A stretch of DNA of 62,367 nt, counting the filler, from Sphacelaria rigidula (Eukaryota), in assembly GCA_964200075.2 (NCBI GenBank). It is 9 parts of 9 records of this genome, joined end to end, with 100 filler letters (N's around TTAATTAATTAA, not from the genome) between each part and the next. Parts side by side here need not be neighbours in the genome. Positions count along the whole stretch, not along the records: positions 1 to 6,842 come from CAXNAA020017814.1; positions 6,943 to 13,784 come from CAXNAA020017815.1; 7 more parts are not named here. One strand, written 5' to 3'. A model generated the notes under the pieces. The model saw only the letters and a list, made by a program, of their open reading frames with translations. It was not told where the DNA came from and did not search any database. A program made the translations under genes and the position numbers. Positions 1 through 12,074 of this stretch are shown here, one piece after another. Each line of letters opens with the position of its first letter. The first letter of the stretch is position 1.

Positions 1-394
1 TGACAGCCAACAATGAGTTGCTTTATTCTTTGGTATAGCCACTTCCAGAGACAGCCACGGTGAGTTGATGGGGTGCGGAAGTGCCGGCTGATCCAACCCT
101 CGGAAACCAGCATATCCAGTCATGTACCAGGAAGGCGAGGGGTTCGAAGCATGTTAATGGAGGAGGGGAACTCGAGATCAATCAAGAAGAGGCATCGATC
201 GCACGCCGCCCCAATTTTGCAGACCAGACCACAGTCAACACATAATTTGTTCTCGGTGGTGTCCGGAACTATGAGAAATGGTACCCTTAGGAAAAGCCTT
301 CGAGGGAAATACTGCACAAATCGGACGGACCATACCTTTTTTCATCATCATTCTTCATTTTTATTCCTTTATTATCATTCTTCATTCGTCGCCC

Positions 395-684
395 TTTGAA
401 CCCCTCTCCTTCCTCGGGACGAGTCCGTGACCACGAGGAATCAATCCTTTTGTCCCCCGGTACACGCCTTGCATGTTTGTCTCGCGGGTTGGATCATGGC
501 TATCAGCACTCCCGCACCACGTCAACTCACGTCAAACAAACTCAGTCGACTACTTTGTTTACTCACGTTTTCACGCTTTCCACGGTGGAAATCAGATATT
601 ATGAAGAAAACGTCCTGGCCGTCGGGAATCGAACTCTCGTTCTCACCACCCTGATGGCGTCAGTCGGACCATTGCACCACCGGG
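395..684 (-). mobile_element. tRNA-derived SINE-like repeat, family S1
   Basis: Minus-strand head CCCGGTGGTGCAATGG...GAGTTCGATTCCCG has A- and B-box-like motifs; the body recurs in the opposite orientation at about 2257-2545. Confidence 0.7.
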
Positions 685-1964
685 ACGCAACGTAATCTAT
701 CTGGAAATTTCTTCTCCTCAACATACTGATCCGGATCGTGATCCGGATCATTTGCCCCCCCCCCCCCCCCCCCCCCTTTCCTTCCTCCCTCCCCCCCCGC
801 CCCCACCCCCGGCGCAGCCCAAGGGCGGCCNNNNNNNNNNTCTAAATTTCTTTCTCTTCCACTCCATCTTCGTGTTGTTTACCCTCACTCTCCCCCCCCC
901 CCCCCCCCCCTTTCCATGTTTGCTCCTTACAGCGCCCGCCGCCGAGCACGCCGAGTAGCGCAAAGGTTGCGCTTTGGCTTTTCTGACTCCACGGTCACAT
1001 ATTTTGTGTTTTTGGACCAACGGATTCGAGAGCCTTCTTTGATTATTATAGTTATTTGAGACGGATCATCATGTGTCAGCCGTCTGGAACTTTTAGTGCT
1101 GAATGTTTCTGTGGTGTTCGAATGGTACCCCTCAAAGGTGGCTTTGAGGGGAAGCATTCAAAATACCGTGGAAACATTCAAACACCAATAGTTCCGTCGG
1201 GTGTGCTCTCGAAGGGTACAATTTCTCGCGATTCCCAAACACCATAGAGAAAAATCCGTCCCCATTCTTCGGATTCCCTTGTGTATCGTACAGTACGTGG
1301 GTATACATAAACAATTGAGGTCTGCGTGGAAAGAAAAAATAGCGTCAACGACAACATTATGCTCCCACAGAAGACTGGCTGAAGTATCGCGGGTATTGTG
1401 TCGGCGCTCTAGTCGTGGAGTGAGGGGTGGGGCATGAACTCCCGTGTATGTTGCCTAGGACACCGAAATTACGGGACTGCAGTAACGGCATGAGCGTGCT
1501 GTCCACATCAAAAATTACATGCACTCGTATATATGCTACGGAGTATATCAATACTCGGTTAGTGGGGGTGCTCTCAGAAACAACGTGCTGGTCCCGAGGA
1601 GCTTTAGCCTCGGATGACAACTAAATGTTGGTGATCCTGTTCGCTTCTCTTTAACAGATATTACATACTACCATGTACTGTATCCATCTTAAGAAGCATG
1701 AACGAATTCATTCAAACAAGGGCAAAAAAAAAAAGAGAAGGAAAATAACAGAAGCACAAGTAGAGGACTTAGAGCGACTGTTTTATTACAAATTTAGAGA
1801 GTGAATTCAATGACCATCCTCCCTCGAAAAACACGATTATTTGAAAGTTATTCAAATACACGCACACATACATATATATAGTCATGTTCTTTACGCTTTG
1901 CAGTAAATATTCAACACCGCAAATATTATGGCTTCTCTTACCCCTTGATGTTAGCAACGGCAAC

Positions 1965-2078
1965 CTGCGCCCACGAGAACGCAGCGTCCGTGTTGTAGTC
2001 GATGTTTTTGAACAGACGATCGTGAGTCCTCTGGTCCATGAATGTCCCCTTGACTCCGTTGTGATACGTGCGAGGCAC
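1965..2078 (-). CDS. GT13 glycosyltransferase, internal exon C: VPRTYHNGVKGTFMDQRTHDRLFKNIDYNTDAAFSWAQ
   Basis: cag| acceptor and |gttg donor, 114 nt, phase 0; continues the PE-V.RTY..G motif. Gene is partial at both ends. Confidence 0.85.
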
Positions 2079-2170
2079 CTGCCCGGGGAGAATCAGGAAC
2101 CCATGAAATCACGCCGCTTCGACAGAACCAAGAAGCGAATTACTGTAATGGCAACACGATGACAAAAAAC

Positions 2171-2248
2171 GCATACAGCACATACGGCACATACGGCACA
2201 TACAGCACATACGGCACATACAGCACATACAGCACATGCAGCACATAA
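2171..2248. repeat. 9-bp minisatellite (GCACATAC[A/G])n
   Basis: About eight tandem units visible. Confidence 0.85.
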
Positions 2249-2256
2249 CGACACAC

Positions 2257-2545
2257 GACTGTCGCCATTAGGGTGGAGAGGACAAGGGGTCGATTCCCGA
2301 AGTACCGGGGGTTTTCTTCGTAGTATGTGATTTCCACCGTGGAAAGCGTGAGCACGTGAGTAAACAAAGTAGTCGACCGAGTTTGTTCGACCTGGGTTGA
2401 CGCGGTGCGGGAGTGCTGATAGTCATGATCCAATCCGCGAGACCAAAATGCAAGGCGTGTACTGTACCGGGGAGAGATGGGATGATCCCTGAAGACCACG
2501 GACTCGTCCCGAGGAAGGGGAGGCGGGGGAGGAAGGGGTTCAAAG
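2257..2545 (+). mobile_element. tRNA-derived SINE-like repeat, family S1, second copy
   Basis: Reverse complement aligns with 395-684 (e.g. TTTCCACCGTGGAAAGCGTGA, GTGCGGGAGTGCTGATAG). Confidence 0.7.
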
Positions 2546-5513
2546 CGCGAAAAATAAATACAAGACAAATATACAAGCCGTACGGGACCCGGGGCTGCGC
2601 CCCGTTCCCGTCCGTCTTTTTCGAGGGTCTCGGTATTCTTGCCTTGCCAAGCCGTCGTGAGAATAGATCCCTTCTCGAGATGTTCATGCCCGCCGGAAAC
2701 ATTGCAGGACCACCGCCATCGCGCGTCCTTTCGAACGGTCGCGAACGCATGTGTACCCCCGCACAAAGTAAAGTACGAATCCGCGAACGGGACTCCTAGC
2801 ATTGGCTTTGACCCGAACAGTCATCTCCCGGGGCGGGTGCAGAGGAACTTGCACACTAAAAGCAGCACTAAATCTCGTGGATGCCTCGTTACAAAGTATG
2901 CTTGACGCTCGTGAGTTTGAAATATTATATTTATATATATATATATATGTATATGTACATGTATCATTTCGCATTTTTCACCACTTTTGCCGAGTGTTCT
3001 TTGGCTGCAAGGCATCTCAGCTCGCGCCTTCTTTTCCAGTGCACGAAGTAGGGTCAGCGGTACATTACACTTCAGGTTTGGGTGTCATCTGATACCTGTG
3101 GCGCGTGTTCTTGCCATCGAAAGTCGCCCACACTGGCTCTTTCTCGCGGGGTGTCGATCCCGAACCACGAAAGCCTTTCCAAGATCGTCGAAAACTTCAA
3201 AGAAGAGCCACAAAAGCCCGCTTGTGGCGGGGTATTTTTTCACCGTGATTTTCTTTGCGTTCTCGATGATTTGGGAACACGAAGACAGTGGTTATGCATC
3301 GAATGTCACGAGAACATTAGAGCAAAGCAGTTGAAAGCAGCTGGACATTGCCTTGACTTAGTCAGCAGCAAACACAAGTCGAATGATCTGAGATCCCTCA
3401 TCATTTAGTTTTGACGTGAAGACTCTAAGACGGTCATATCTGCGTAATATGTGCCCCAAGTATGCGAACGTAACAATCCACAAAAAAAAGCATCGTGAAG
3501 AAACACTGAAGAATGTGTAGATTTGTATTAGAGGAAGGGGTCACAGTCACAGCCGCAACAGGGGAAGTCGCTGATGGCCCGGTGTGCATTGATACGGTGG
3601 ATACCCACAGTGCGTGGCATTTGGTTTTTTCAACACCCTGCTGTCTGATGACGGCTAGATAGAGTGGATACAGTAATAGTTGATCACGCAGGCTGCAACG
3701 GATCCTGCCGACCTCGTCATCAATCTTCGCCCAGCTATGGACGAACGCTCGAAGAAACCCGGCAAATAAGCATCGTTTATGGTCCACTATGTATGTGAGG
3801 GTTGGGAGCTGAACATTTCCGCTTCAAAAATCTCAACAGTCGAAGATTGAGCTCCTGTTGCGCGACCAGTGGGTAGTGCTGCGGACCCTTGCCGGCGTAC
3901 CTGGCACTGGGGGCGACATCGCGGTACAGATAGTCCTGACACTACCGGGACGGCCGTGCACAGGCCGGCAGCCGGAATGGCCGTTGCACTAGTGTTCTTC
4001 TAGCGTTAACAACCCAGAGTACGGCCGCACAGGCTTTGCACGCGAACATTTCGGTGAATGCCTCACTTCCACTTCGGCCATGTGCTGTGGATTATTTGAT
4101 TATTTCACGATCTCACCGCCTGATATGTATGTAAATGTATTACACCCTAGACAAGAGCTTTCTACAGTCAGTATTCAATTTCAAAACATATACTGTGCAC
4201 AGTGTATAGAAGCTATTGCCTTCTGCGACGTGCACAATACTTATACAAAAATGGGAACTGCGCGCAGTTATGACTTCAAGACAGTGTAGAAATCTCCACG
4301 CGGTATGAGTTGTTACAGCCGGCTGGCGCGCCATAGCGGCTGTGTTACCATCCGCTCAAGATATAGGCAGGAATTCTAGCGGCATAGGCGGCCTATTACT
4401 CTTGCGTGCGCCACCTAGACCAAATGCACACTTAGCTGCAACACCGACCGCTGTGTAGTACTAGATGTGGCAGAACGAGGGGTGGTACACCACGTACACA
4501 CAGATAGCAAACGATATCATACATATATACTGTATACAAGTGTGGTTTGAAATCCGTGCGCGCGGGGTCGGGCCGGCATTCAGAGAACCCTGCGCAAGTT
4601 CGCCATGTACTACCGGGACGCGACCTTATTCCAGTAGCAATCACTTGCGATGTGTGCTGTGACGGGTCTCGTGCGTGATGGCGTTGTTTCCACCTCCGCA
4701 CACCACCCGTGAAGCGAGCTCTTCATGCTTGAAGTGTCCACCGCTCTCCCCGCCACTCTTGGTTTGAGACATTCGAAACTGCGAAATGTGACAGTACGAG
4801 TATCTACTGGAAGGTAAATTTTCTCCCACACAGTTGCCTCCATAATATGAAAAAGGACTAACACTGGTATATTTTCGACTTGCGTCACCCCCGGGAGGCC
4901 AGTATCAACCTCCCGAAGGGGAACCTTGTATGTACTATGATTGAACAGTTCAACGCCCGCGTGTGTTCCAACTGAACCGGGGGACGCGCAGCCGTTATAC
5001 TGCCCACGACTGCTCTGCACTGCTCTGCCCTGCACTGTAGATGTGGCTCAGCTATTTTGGGAGATCATAGTGATATTCGGGCGCTTGCGCTGACCGTCAT
5101 GACACCTTGTGACGGGATCTGGAGTGTAGCGGATGGGGTACTACCAATAATCCTGCAAATGTCGTTTTTTTCCCTTGAATATCGCTGGAAAAACGAGAAA
5201 GCAGATAACAAAAAAAATCCGCCAACTGACCCCATCGTGACAAACGCGTCTAGCGCATCCACTGAGCTTTGGCACACAAAACGTTCGGCAACAATGCCGA
5301 GAAAGAGATGGTGATAAGATACACGCAGAGCCCGACAGCACAGCATCTTCTCCCAAAAAAAGTAGCAAGGAACGCAACACAACACAACGCAACTCATTCA
5401 AGCCCGTTACCCCCCAAAACTTCACACGCACGTACCGAAGCATGACGGCACACACATCTATGTACATTGGATTATGAATTGAAGATATACTGGAGTATGA
5501 CACACATGCACAC

Positions 5514-5600
5514 CTCTGGATAAACGCACTCTCTCCAGTTGTGTTGCTTGGGATCCCGCAGCCAGTGATCCCAGTGACTGTTCGGCCACTTTTGCCGCAG
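5514..5600 (-). CDS. GT13 glycosyltransferase, internal exon B: LRQKWPNSHWDHWLRDPKQHNWRECVYPE
   Basis: tag| acceptor and |gtgtgc donor, 87 nt, phase 0; matches the GnT-I KWP..WD.W.R....R.C..PE motif that directly follows exon A. Confidence 0.9.
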
Positions 5601-5791
5601 CTATTGAAGAACAAAACACGAAAAAAACAAGAAGACAAGAAGAAAAAACAGAAGCAACACGAGGTGAAGAAATATATACTCAGGTATATCGAAAGGGACG
5701 GATCTGTGACACGGGACGGTCGGCGAGGTATATGCAAGCATGAAGCGCCAGTACACAAGTCAAAGACGCCAGCTAGTCAATTAGTCAGCTC

Positions 5792-5829
5792 GTCAGTCAG
5801 TCAGTCAGTCAGTCAGTCAGTCAGTCAGT
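5792..5829. repeat. (TCAG)n microsatellite
   Basis: Tandem tcag units. Confidence 0.9.
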
Positions 5830-6271
5830 GGTCGCGGATTGGTCGACCCCGATTAAAAAAGCACACAATCAGCTATCGGAACAAATACGAAAGCGAGAGC
5901 ACGATGTATGTTATTTTTTGCTATTATCCATATTGAGGAGCGACCGGTGAGGGCACCGCGGAAAAAAAAAGTGAGTCGTGCTGACGTGGAGGACAGAAAG
6001 CTTACTGTACTACTACAGAGAGTTCCGGAAAAGGCATCACATCCCAGCACAAGGACGTGGAAGACGCCACAAAAAAAAAAGCAATAAATGACACAACAGT
6101 CGTGGCATGTAGTGGGTGGCCACGATAGCGACAATCACCACCAGAAGCCTCGAAGCACTCCCAAGAACTCGGGAGAAGAAAAACAAAAATCGCGACGAAA
6201 CAAAAGAAACGGTCGTAAGGGTGCATGCACAGACAGCAAACAAACACCGTGTTGTTGTCGCCCAGTCCCAC

Positions 6272-6355
6272 CTCTCCCTGGTAGAGCTCCTTGGTCATCA
6301 GCCAACCCAGACCCGGGAAAAACATGGTACGCTGCAGCTCGGCCTTATCGGACAC
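6272..6355 (-). CDS. GT13 glycosyltransferase (GnT-I/MGAT1- or POMGNT1-like), internal exon A: VSDKAELQRTMFFPGLGWLMTKELYQGE
   Basis: cag| acceptor and |gt donor, 84 nt, phase 0; contains the GT13 signature RTxFFPGLGW. Confidence 0.9.
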
Positions 6356-6779
6356 CTGGCCCAAACCACCGCGAGTGACGAAATAGAAAAAAACGCACGA
6401 CATCGTACACCACGGTAAAATATCCAGAGCCAAGGAGGCTATTTCATCTACCGCACTTCTGGGAGGACGTGCATCATATAATGCACCCAAGGGAAACTCG
6501 CGGGAGCGGCGCTATGTCATCGCGGAAACCTGCCACCATTCTCCTATACCGTGTGAAGGCAACCGAGGAGCTACGAAAATTCAGGCAGATCGATTAGATT
6601 CCTTGGTTGATAGGTTGATTGGTCGGTTCGTTGTCTCGCATGGGCTGATCCGCCACGGATACAACCGCGGTCACCATGTTATGTACCCAAGTGTGAAGAG
6701 ATGATTCCTTGACAGACACCTGTGGGAATTTGTCCCTTCTATGTAGTGGTTCCCACATCACCCCCCCCCCCTCCTTAAC

Positions 6780-6842
6780 AGTGCTCCGTCTCGAAAGGGA
6801 TGCGTGGTCAATGGTCAAATGACTAAGGCAAGCAACAAATGA
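6780..6842 (+). mobile_element. 3' end of LINE family L-A, cut by the scaffold end
   Basis: CTCGAAAGGGATGCGTGGTCAATGGT...AAGGCAAGCAACAAATGA is shared with 18675-18730. Confidence 0.8.
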
Positions 6843-6942
6843 NNNNNNNNNNNNNNNNNNNNNNNNNNNNNNNNNNNNNNNNNNNNTTAATTAATTAANN
6901 NNNNNNNNNNNNNNNNNNNNNNNNNNNNNNNNNNNNNNNNNN
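6843..6942. other. Artificial scaffold linker (N44-TTAATTAATTAA-N44); identical linkers at 13785-13884, 20726-20825, 27667-27766, 34608-34707, 41549-41648, 48489-48588, 55429-55528
   Basis: Eight identical 100-bp N-padded spacers carrying stops in all six frames, separating segments of 6842, 6842, 6841, 6841, 6841, 6841, 6840, 6840 and 6839 bp. Confidence 0.98.
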
Positions 6943-7699
6943 CGAGGAGCTTCCTCTCTGTCGTTGCTTCTCTCTCTGGTGATATCGTCATCGACACGCG
7001 TGTACACCGTATTCGTTCGGTGCATTGAGCCACAGCTGATTAATTGCTGCAGAGTATTGGGGGAAATATAGTTTCGCTCACTGTTACTAATTCGCGTCAT
7101 CCATGCAAAAAGATATGCCACTTGAACCTCATTTTTGAGATCGACCCCATTTTCCAGGAGCCACTCACTGTTAGCTGCTGTTGCTGTTGAATAACTCATT
7201 ACGTAGTAGTAGTGCTGATCTCGTCATTTGCTTGCCTTTGCCCGCAAGTGAAGGACAGGACGATGCTGCCTGCCCGTGTATGGCGTTCAAAACTAAGGTA
7301 AACATCTCTCTCGCAAACTCTCTGTGAAACGAGGGGGCAGTCGGAAAGGCGAGGGCGTGATCGACCGGCCCTCCCGGAATGCAGCAGCAGCACACACACA
7401 CAAAAGTGCCGGCTGTGGAAATCTCCGTGCAAAAATCCCAGCATGCTTGCTTTTTTTTACTTGCATGCGCAGATACATCCACTACACCACCAGCCATACA
7501 ATTCACAGACGGTATGATAGCGTACACTCGTAGCAGCACAGCAGGCAAGCAGGTGGCTACTGGATTGTTTCTGGGGCAATATACAAAAAGGGTGTACCCT
7601 CATGCTTTTGAAACAGAAAAGGGTAATGCATTTCTCGCTTTGGGGCACGGCGTTGCACGCGGGCTGAACGAGCCGGTAAGATTACTGTCATGAACAACC

Positions 7700-8210
7700 C
7701 TCACTGGCAAGGCCTTCGGAGAGCGTTTTGGGAACGCAAATCCGACCTTCAGCTGCACCGCCGAGCTATTCTTCTAAACAGTTAGTTGCTAACAACAAGA
7801 AATATCGCAACATGCGCCGCGGCGCAGCAGCACGCAAAGTTCACCGTGGGAAAGGATTGCGCTTTGTCGCCGATGACTATGAATTGGTAGCCACCAAGCA
7901 TTGGCAAGACAAGATCCGCGTGAAACAGGAAATCCTCCCCAAAGGCGCCTACCTCTGGTACAAAGGCAGCGACAACCTCTGGTGGCTAGGCCAGACCAAC
8001 GCCACAGACCTAACCGCGCCTGACACATACATCGTGCGCTTCATCGATGACCCCGGACCCGTGCAGCTCAAGCTCCGCCCAAAGCTTTATGCCACCAGTC
8101 CATCCGCACCACGAGGGTCTTGGTGTCTTCAACGACTCAAGTCCAAAGGCCTCCGCCGCGGAATCCAACATAACATCGATCGCACACATGATGTTAACGC
8201 ACCGCTTTAA
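7700..8210 (+). mobile_element. Degenerate C-terminus of a Ty3/Gypsy pol: chromodomain-like segment plus an additional aromatic-rich domain
   Basis: HWQGLRRAFWERKSDLQLHRRAIL (chromo-like W.G....WE), then after a frameshift YRNMRRGAAARK...LPKGAYLWYKGSDNLWWLGQ...YIVRFIDDPGP...GSWCLQ. Resembles the pol tail of brown-algal Gypsy elements as I recall it. Confidence 0.6.
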
Positions 8211-9141
8211 GCTTCTACAGACCTCCTGCTTTTCGATCCGCGACGTTTTTCCTTTCTCTTTTTATTTCTTTCCCCTGTCATTAGATATTTCCCCCTACTT
8301 CCATCATTCAGGGCACATCAGTGCCACCCACCGACTTCTTCAACAGCCTACAACCGGAGCTCCTTCGGCGCACAGCCACGGACCACGAATGGAACTTGCT
8401 TGGAGCACCTTCATCCTCGGCTACTGGAGCTTTTCGTATCCTCGCTCTTGAGTTGTATGACTGGCACTAGACCCCTTGCAGTCTTGGAGTTGCTGATTCC
8501 TTCGCTTTCCTCAGCCACCATGCGCTCGCCGCATGTGATTGACCTTTCGGCGGTTAACTTTGGTACCACCCACGTCGACGTTGGGCCCCTGGTGTGTTTT
8601 CCCTTTTGCCTCTTTATTTTGGCTGGCACGTCGAAGCATTTTTGTGTTCGTCTATTAAGTTCGCTAGCCCGCAGCAGCATTGTGTGCTCCTGCGTCTTCA
8701 AGCGCACTTGCGCTTTTCGGTAGCAAATTCCGCTTACCTTGTTTGAGGTGTGGGAGGATCGGGCAACAGAGTGGATGTTGCTCTCGTGGTCTGGGGTGTA
8801 CCTTCTTTTTCAGCCACTACGGCCGAGTGCTTTTATAGCATTGAGTTCGTCCTCCTTGTCGCTCATGACTTCACGTTGAGAAAAAATTCGATTTTCGTTG
8901 CTTTTCGAGATTTCTCATCGCAACTGTAATAGAGTTTAGTCTGGATGGGCTAGAGCCATGAAGCTAGGAGGCGTTTATGATCAAATATGAGATTTTATAG
9001 TTGCGGGTCTGATCAAGCTTGACTAGGTCGGATGTGAATTCGATAAAAAGGGAACAGTTTACGGGTGAGCAGCACCTCCCGGTTACTTGCGAACGTGGAG
9101 CCAACTGCTAAGTATTGCTAAAGCTGGTGAGCAACGTGAGA

Positions 9142-9588
9142 AGCACGGGATCCTACAAATTGGGGATGGATCTTCTATTGGGGATAAGAAACACGGAGAA
9201 TTATAATCTTCGTACCCACATCAAATCTTCGAAATATGGTTCCGTTTCTTCACCTACTGATAGCTATTGACAACTGCTATACGCCATAGAAATTTGGATT
9301 TCGATTACCGAAATGTTGGGGTCCTAGGTGAAGAACCAATTTTCGGGAATTCAGGGTGTCCGAACGGACGCCAAAATTGTTACGAAATGTTTTTGTTCAC
9401 CTAAGACTCCAAAATTTCGGTGATCGAAATCCAAGTTTCTATGGCGTGTAGCAGTTGTCAATAGCTATCAGTAGGTGAAGGAATGGAACCGTATTTCGAA
9501 GATTTGGTGTGGATACAAAGTTTTTAATTCTCCGGGAGTCTCATCCCCAATAAATGAGATCCATCCCCAATTTGTAAGATCCCGTGCT
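9142..9588. mobile_element. ~450-bp foldback (near-palindromic) element
   Basis: Left arm AGCACGGGATCCTACAAATTGGGGATGGATC... is the reverse complement of right arm ...GATCCATCCCCAATTTGTAAGATCCCGTGCT over about 200 bp; centre GTCCGAACGGAC near 9358-9369; GAGA on both flanks. Confidence 0.9.
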
Positions 9589-9980
9589 GAGAGGGCATCG
9601 AACGGAGCGATCACTACTACGAGTGAACAAGAGTCTTTTGTATCAAGTGGGTGTAGCTTATTGTGTGAAGCTATTGTGGGGTGAACTATCTTGGACACAA
9701 TTTTAACCTGACCTTGCCAGGGATTGTCAGACTTGACCAGCGTGCACACATAGAGGTGCAAGCTCTACAACACCATAACATCAACACGACAGTATAGAGG
9801 ATATGACACATTCTCACACAGGCCAGTATAATGGTATCACAACACACATACAACGAGGAATCCACGTTGTTATCATTCTCTTCATGAATGATCGCCTCAG
9901 TCCCTCGAATAGAGAGATTTAAGGCGCATCAAAAGGGGGGCCTTCTCGTGTTGCTGGAGTTACTGTACACTAACACTGAC

Positions 9981-10212
9981 TGGAGCCGGGAAATGAGGTT
10001 CTTGTTTTACATGCTCAACGGTTTTTGGTTTGCGATTGCACCGCACGCATGCAACAAGGGCCGCCAGGAGAATGACAACGCCAGCGACCCCTATCCCGAT
10101 GATTGCTTCCATGGAAAGGATTTTTGAAGAGCTCTGCGTGCAGGTTGGTTCCGATGACGCTGGATCGAAGTTGTCCGGTTCGCCACAGCACAGTCGATCA
10201 ACCAGCGGTAGC
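9981..10212 (-). CDS. Probable exon of a single-pass membrane protein (...ILSMEAIIGIGVAGVVILLAALVACVRCNRKPK...)
   Basis: Pyrimidine-rich tract ending cag|, donor |gtcagt; hydrophobic ~22-aa helix followed by a Cys/basic stop-transfer segment. Family not identified. Confidence 0.5.
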
Positions 10213-10377
10213 CTGCGCGGAAAAAAGACCAATCAAACGTCCGAGGTTCGCTTGCGCTTGGATAGTCGAGTGTGTGTAGAGAAACTCCTGTCAGGCCAAG
10301 AGATCTGGAATTGTCCCCGAGAATGTTGCAAGGCTTTTAATTTCACCGGCGTCACGTGCGTTTGTTCAAGTGGCTAA

Positions 10378-10580
10378 TGTAATGCGTGAGCGGACCGCGT
10401 GCTTTTTTGATCGCATCGGCGTTCAAACCACACCGGGACGGGCGCCTTACAAGACTCCGCAGGGACCGCGCTCCTGACTCTACCACTAACACCAACCCTA
10501 ACACGAGCCCCAACCCTAACCATAGTGATGTTTCGACTCCGATGCGGCCCGAAGAGCACGCGGTCCGCTCACGCATCTCA
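10378..10580. mobile_element. ~200-bp TG..CA TIR element with a telomere-like (CCTAAC) core, family M-tel
   Basis: TIRs ATGCGTGAGCGGACCGCGTGCT / AGCACGCGGTCCGCTCACGCAT; other copies at 49181-49385 and 54009-54537. Confidence 0.85.
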
Positions 10581-11019
10581 CTACGATTCTCGACCGATTC
10601 AAAGACGATCATGTAAGAGATGTTGACAATTGTGCTCAGGTTGAAGATGGTCATGAGAGGATTGTGCACGGTTTAAAGATGGCCATGGCTCGTAGAAAAG
10701 GTTGCCTCAGCACGCAAGGAGTCACTGTTCGACATGATCGAGCCGGCGGTAGGACACCTTACCTGAATCCGGCTGCAACATGCCCTCATGTAAGCATTTT
10801 CACGCAATCGATTCGGCTCGTAGATGATGATTCCAGATTTGTGCCCGGTTTCACGATGGTCACGAACGATGTTCTCTTTTCGAAACGTTTACCGTCCGGT
10901 CCGACCGGTGGACACGTGAATTGTTCTCAGTCACGTGGGGAGCCTTCCAAGACTGCCGTTAGCACGATGCTATATGTCTGAGCCTACTGCCTATCACCGT
11001 TGCATAATGCTGGTTGCCC

Positions 11020-11255
11020 TGGGGCTCGGTCGGTAACCGTGGGACTTTACAACGTTTGGGACCTGGGGTTCGAATCTCGGTGAAGTCACGCGATCTGGAA
11101 CTTTTTCTCGCACTGAAGCCATCCGGTCGCCCCGGTGGCTCAGTTATTAAGCTCGAAACCTTCTGACGGTTGGGTCGTGGATCCGTCTGTCGGAGAGATC
11201 TGGGATATTTTCTCACACAATACCCGACAGTGGAGAGCGACCACGTCGTGGGTAC
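11020..11255 (+). mobile_element. Two adjacent tRNA-derived SINE-like heads, family S2; related copies at about 28728-28800 (-), 37085-37170 (+) and 41649-41773 (-)
   Basis: CCCGGTGGCTCAGTT A-box and GGTTCGAATCTC B-box motifs; TTCTGACGGT recurs in several copies. Confidence 0.65.
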
Positions 11256-11323
11256 ACAAAATTCGACTCTATGGTCGACGAGGGAAAGGGACTGCTGAAT
11301 CCCCCGTGCGATAAAAAAAAGAG

Positions 11324-11756
11324 GCAAGCACCGCAGAAGGAAGGTGGACAACTGAAATACACGATGGAGAAAACTCCTGCTGTGCTGGTCTTCTTCCTGT
11401 GTGACCTCGACTTATGCGCCCACATCTATATACCGAAAGGTGTAGACTGCCGTTCAGAACAGATGCGACGGCAACATACGCACACACACACATGTCCGAC
11501 AAGGGAGGCGACCACTTCGTTCGTACACGAAGGTCGAGTGGGCAGTCGGGGCCAGAGAGGGACCGCCGAACCCGTGTAGCAAAAAGAAAAAATGCAAGTA
11601 CCGCAAGCGGAGGAGGGTGGAGTACTCAAAACATAAGAAATGAAAACTCCTGTGTTGATCTTCCTCCTGTGTGACCCCGGCTGATGCGCCTACACCACTC
11701 CGAACGGTGTAGACCCGGCGTCCAGAATAGATGGGATGGCAACACACACACACACG
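11324..11756 (-). repeat. Two tandem diverged copies (about 11324-11492 and 11594-11756) of an interspersed repeat; related fragment at about 24717-24800
   Basis: Shared blocks AAAACTCCTG, TTCCTGTGTGACC, GGTGTAGAC, GGCAACA(CA)n. Confidence 0.65.
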
Positions 11757-11831
11757 GTCATTTCTCGTTCCATGAATAATTCTGGGGCATCACCAATAGT
11801 ACTCGATATTAAAGAGTGTTGAAAAACGCTC

Positions 11832-11993
11832 TTTTTGTCATTTCAGAGTGCAAATATCTGAGAATCAGAGTATAACGAGACATTATCCCCCCCTCCATCA
11901 AATGTGGTATCCCCTTGACATTTTCTCGATGGGGTGTTTTTCTTTATTTCGAACGTTGATCCTGAGATATTTGCACTCTGAAATGACAAAAAG
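11832..11993. mobile_element. Short MITE-like inverted-repeat element
   Basis: TTTTTGTCATTTCAGAGTGCAAATATCT ... AGATATTTGCACTCTGAAATGACAAAAA. Confidence 0.75.
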
Positions 11994-12074
11994 GCGCTTG
12001 CCGAAACCCTTCATTGTGTTCTTGTTCGATTCTTGGTACATTGTGTTGACTTCACGATAAGTACCACTCCCTGT

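Noticed and set aside
748..1020. Poly-Pro/poly-Gly ORFs here and at 22077-22541
   Set aside because: Translations of poly-C/G tracts spanning N gaps.
3080..3800. Possible decayed transposase here, at 19130-19900, 42316-43250 and 59340-60170
   Set aside because: Coding-like texture but no diagnostic catalytic motif I could identify by eye.
6887..6898. Periodic TTAATTAATTAA motif every ~6.94 kb
   Set aside because: Assembly linker embedded in Ns, not biological.
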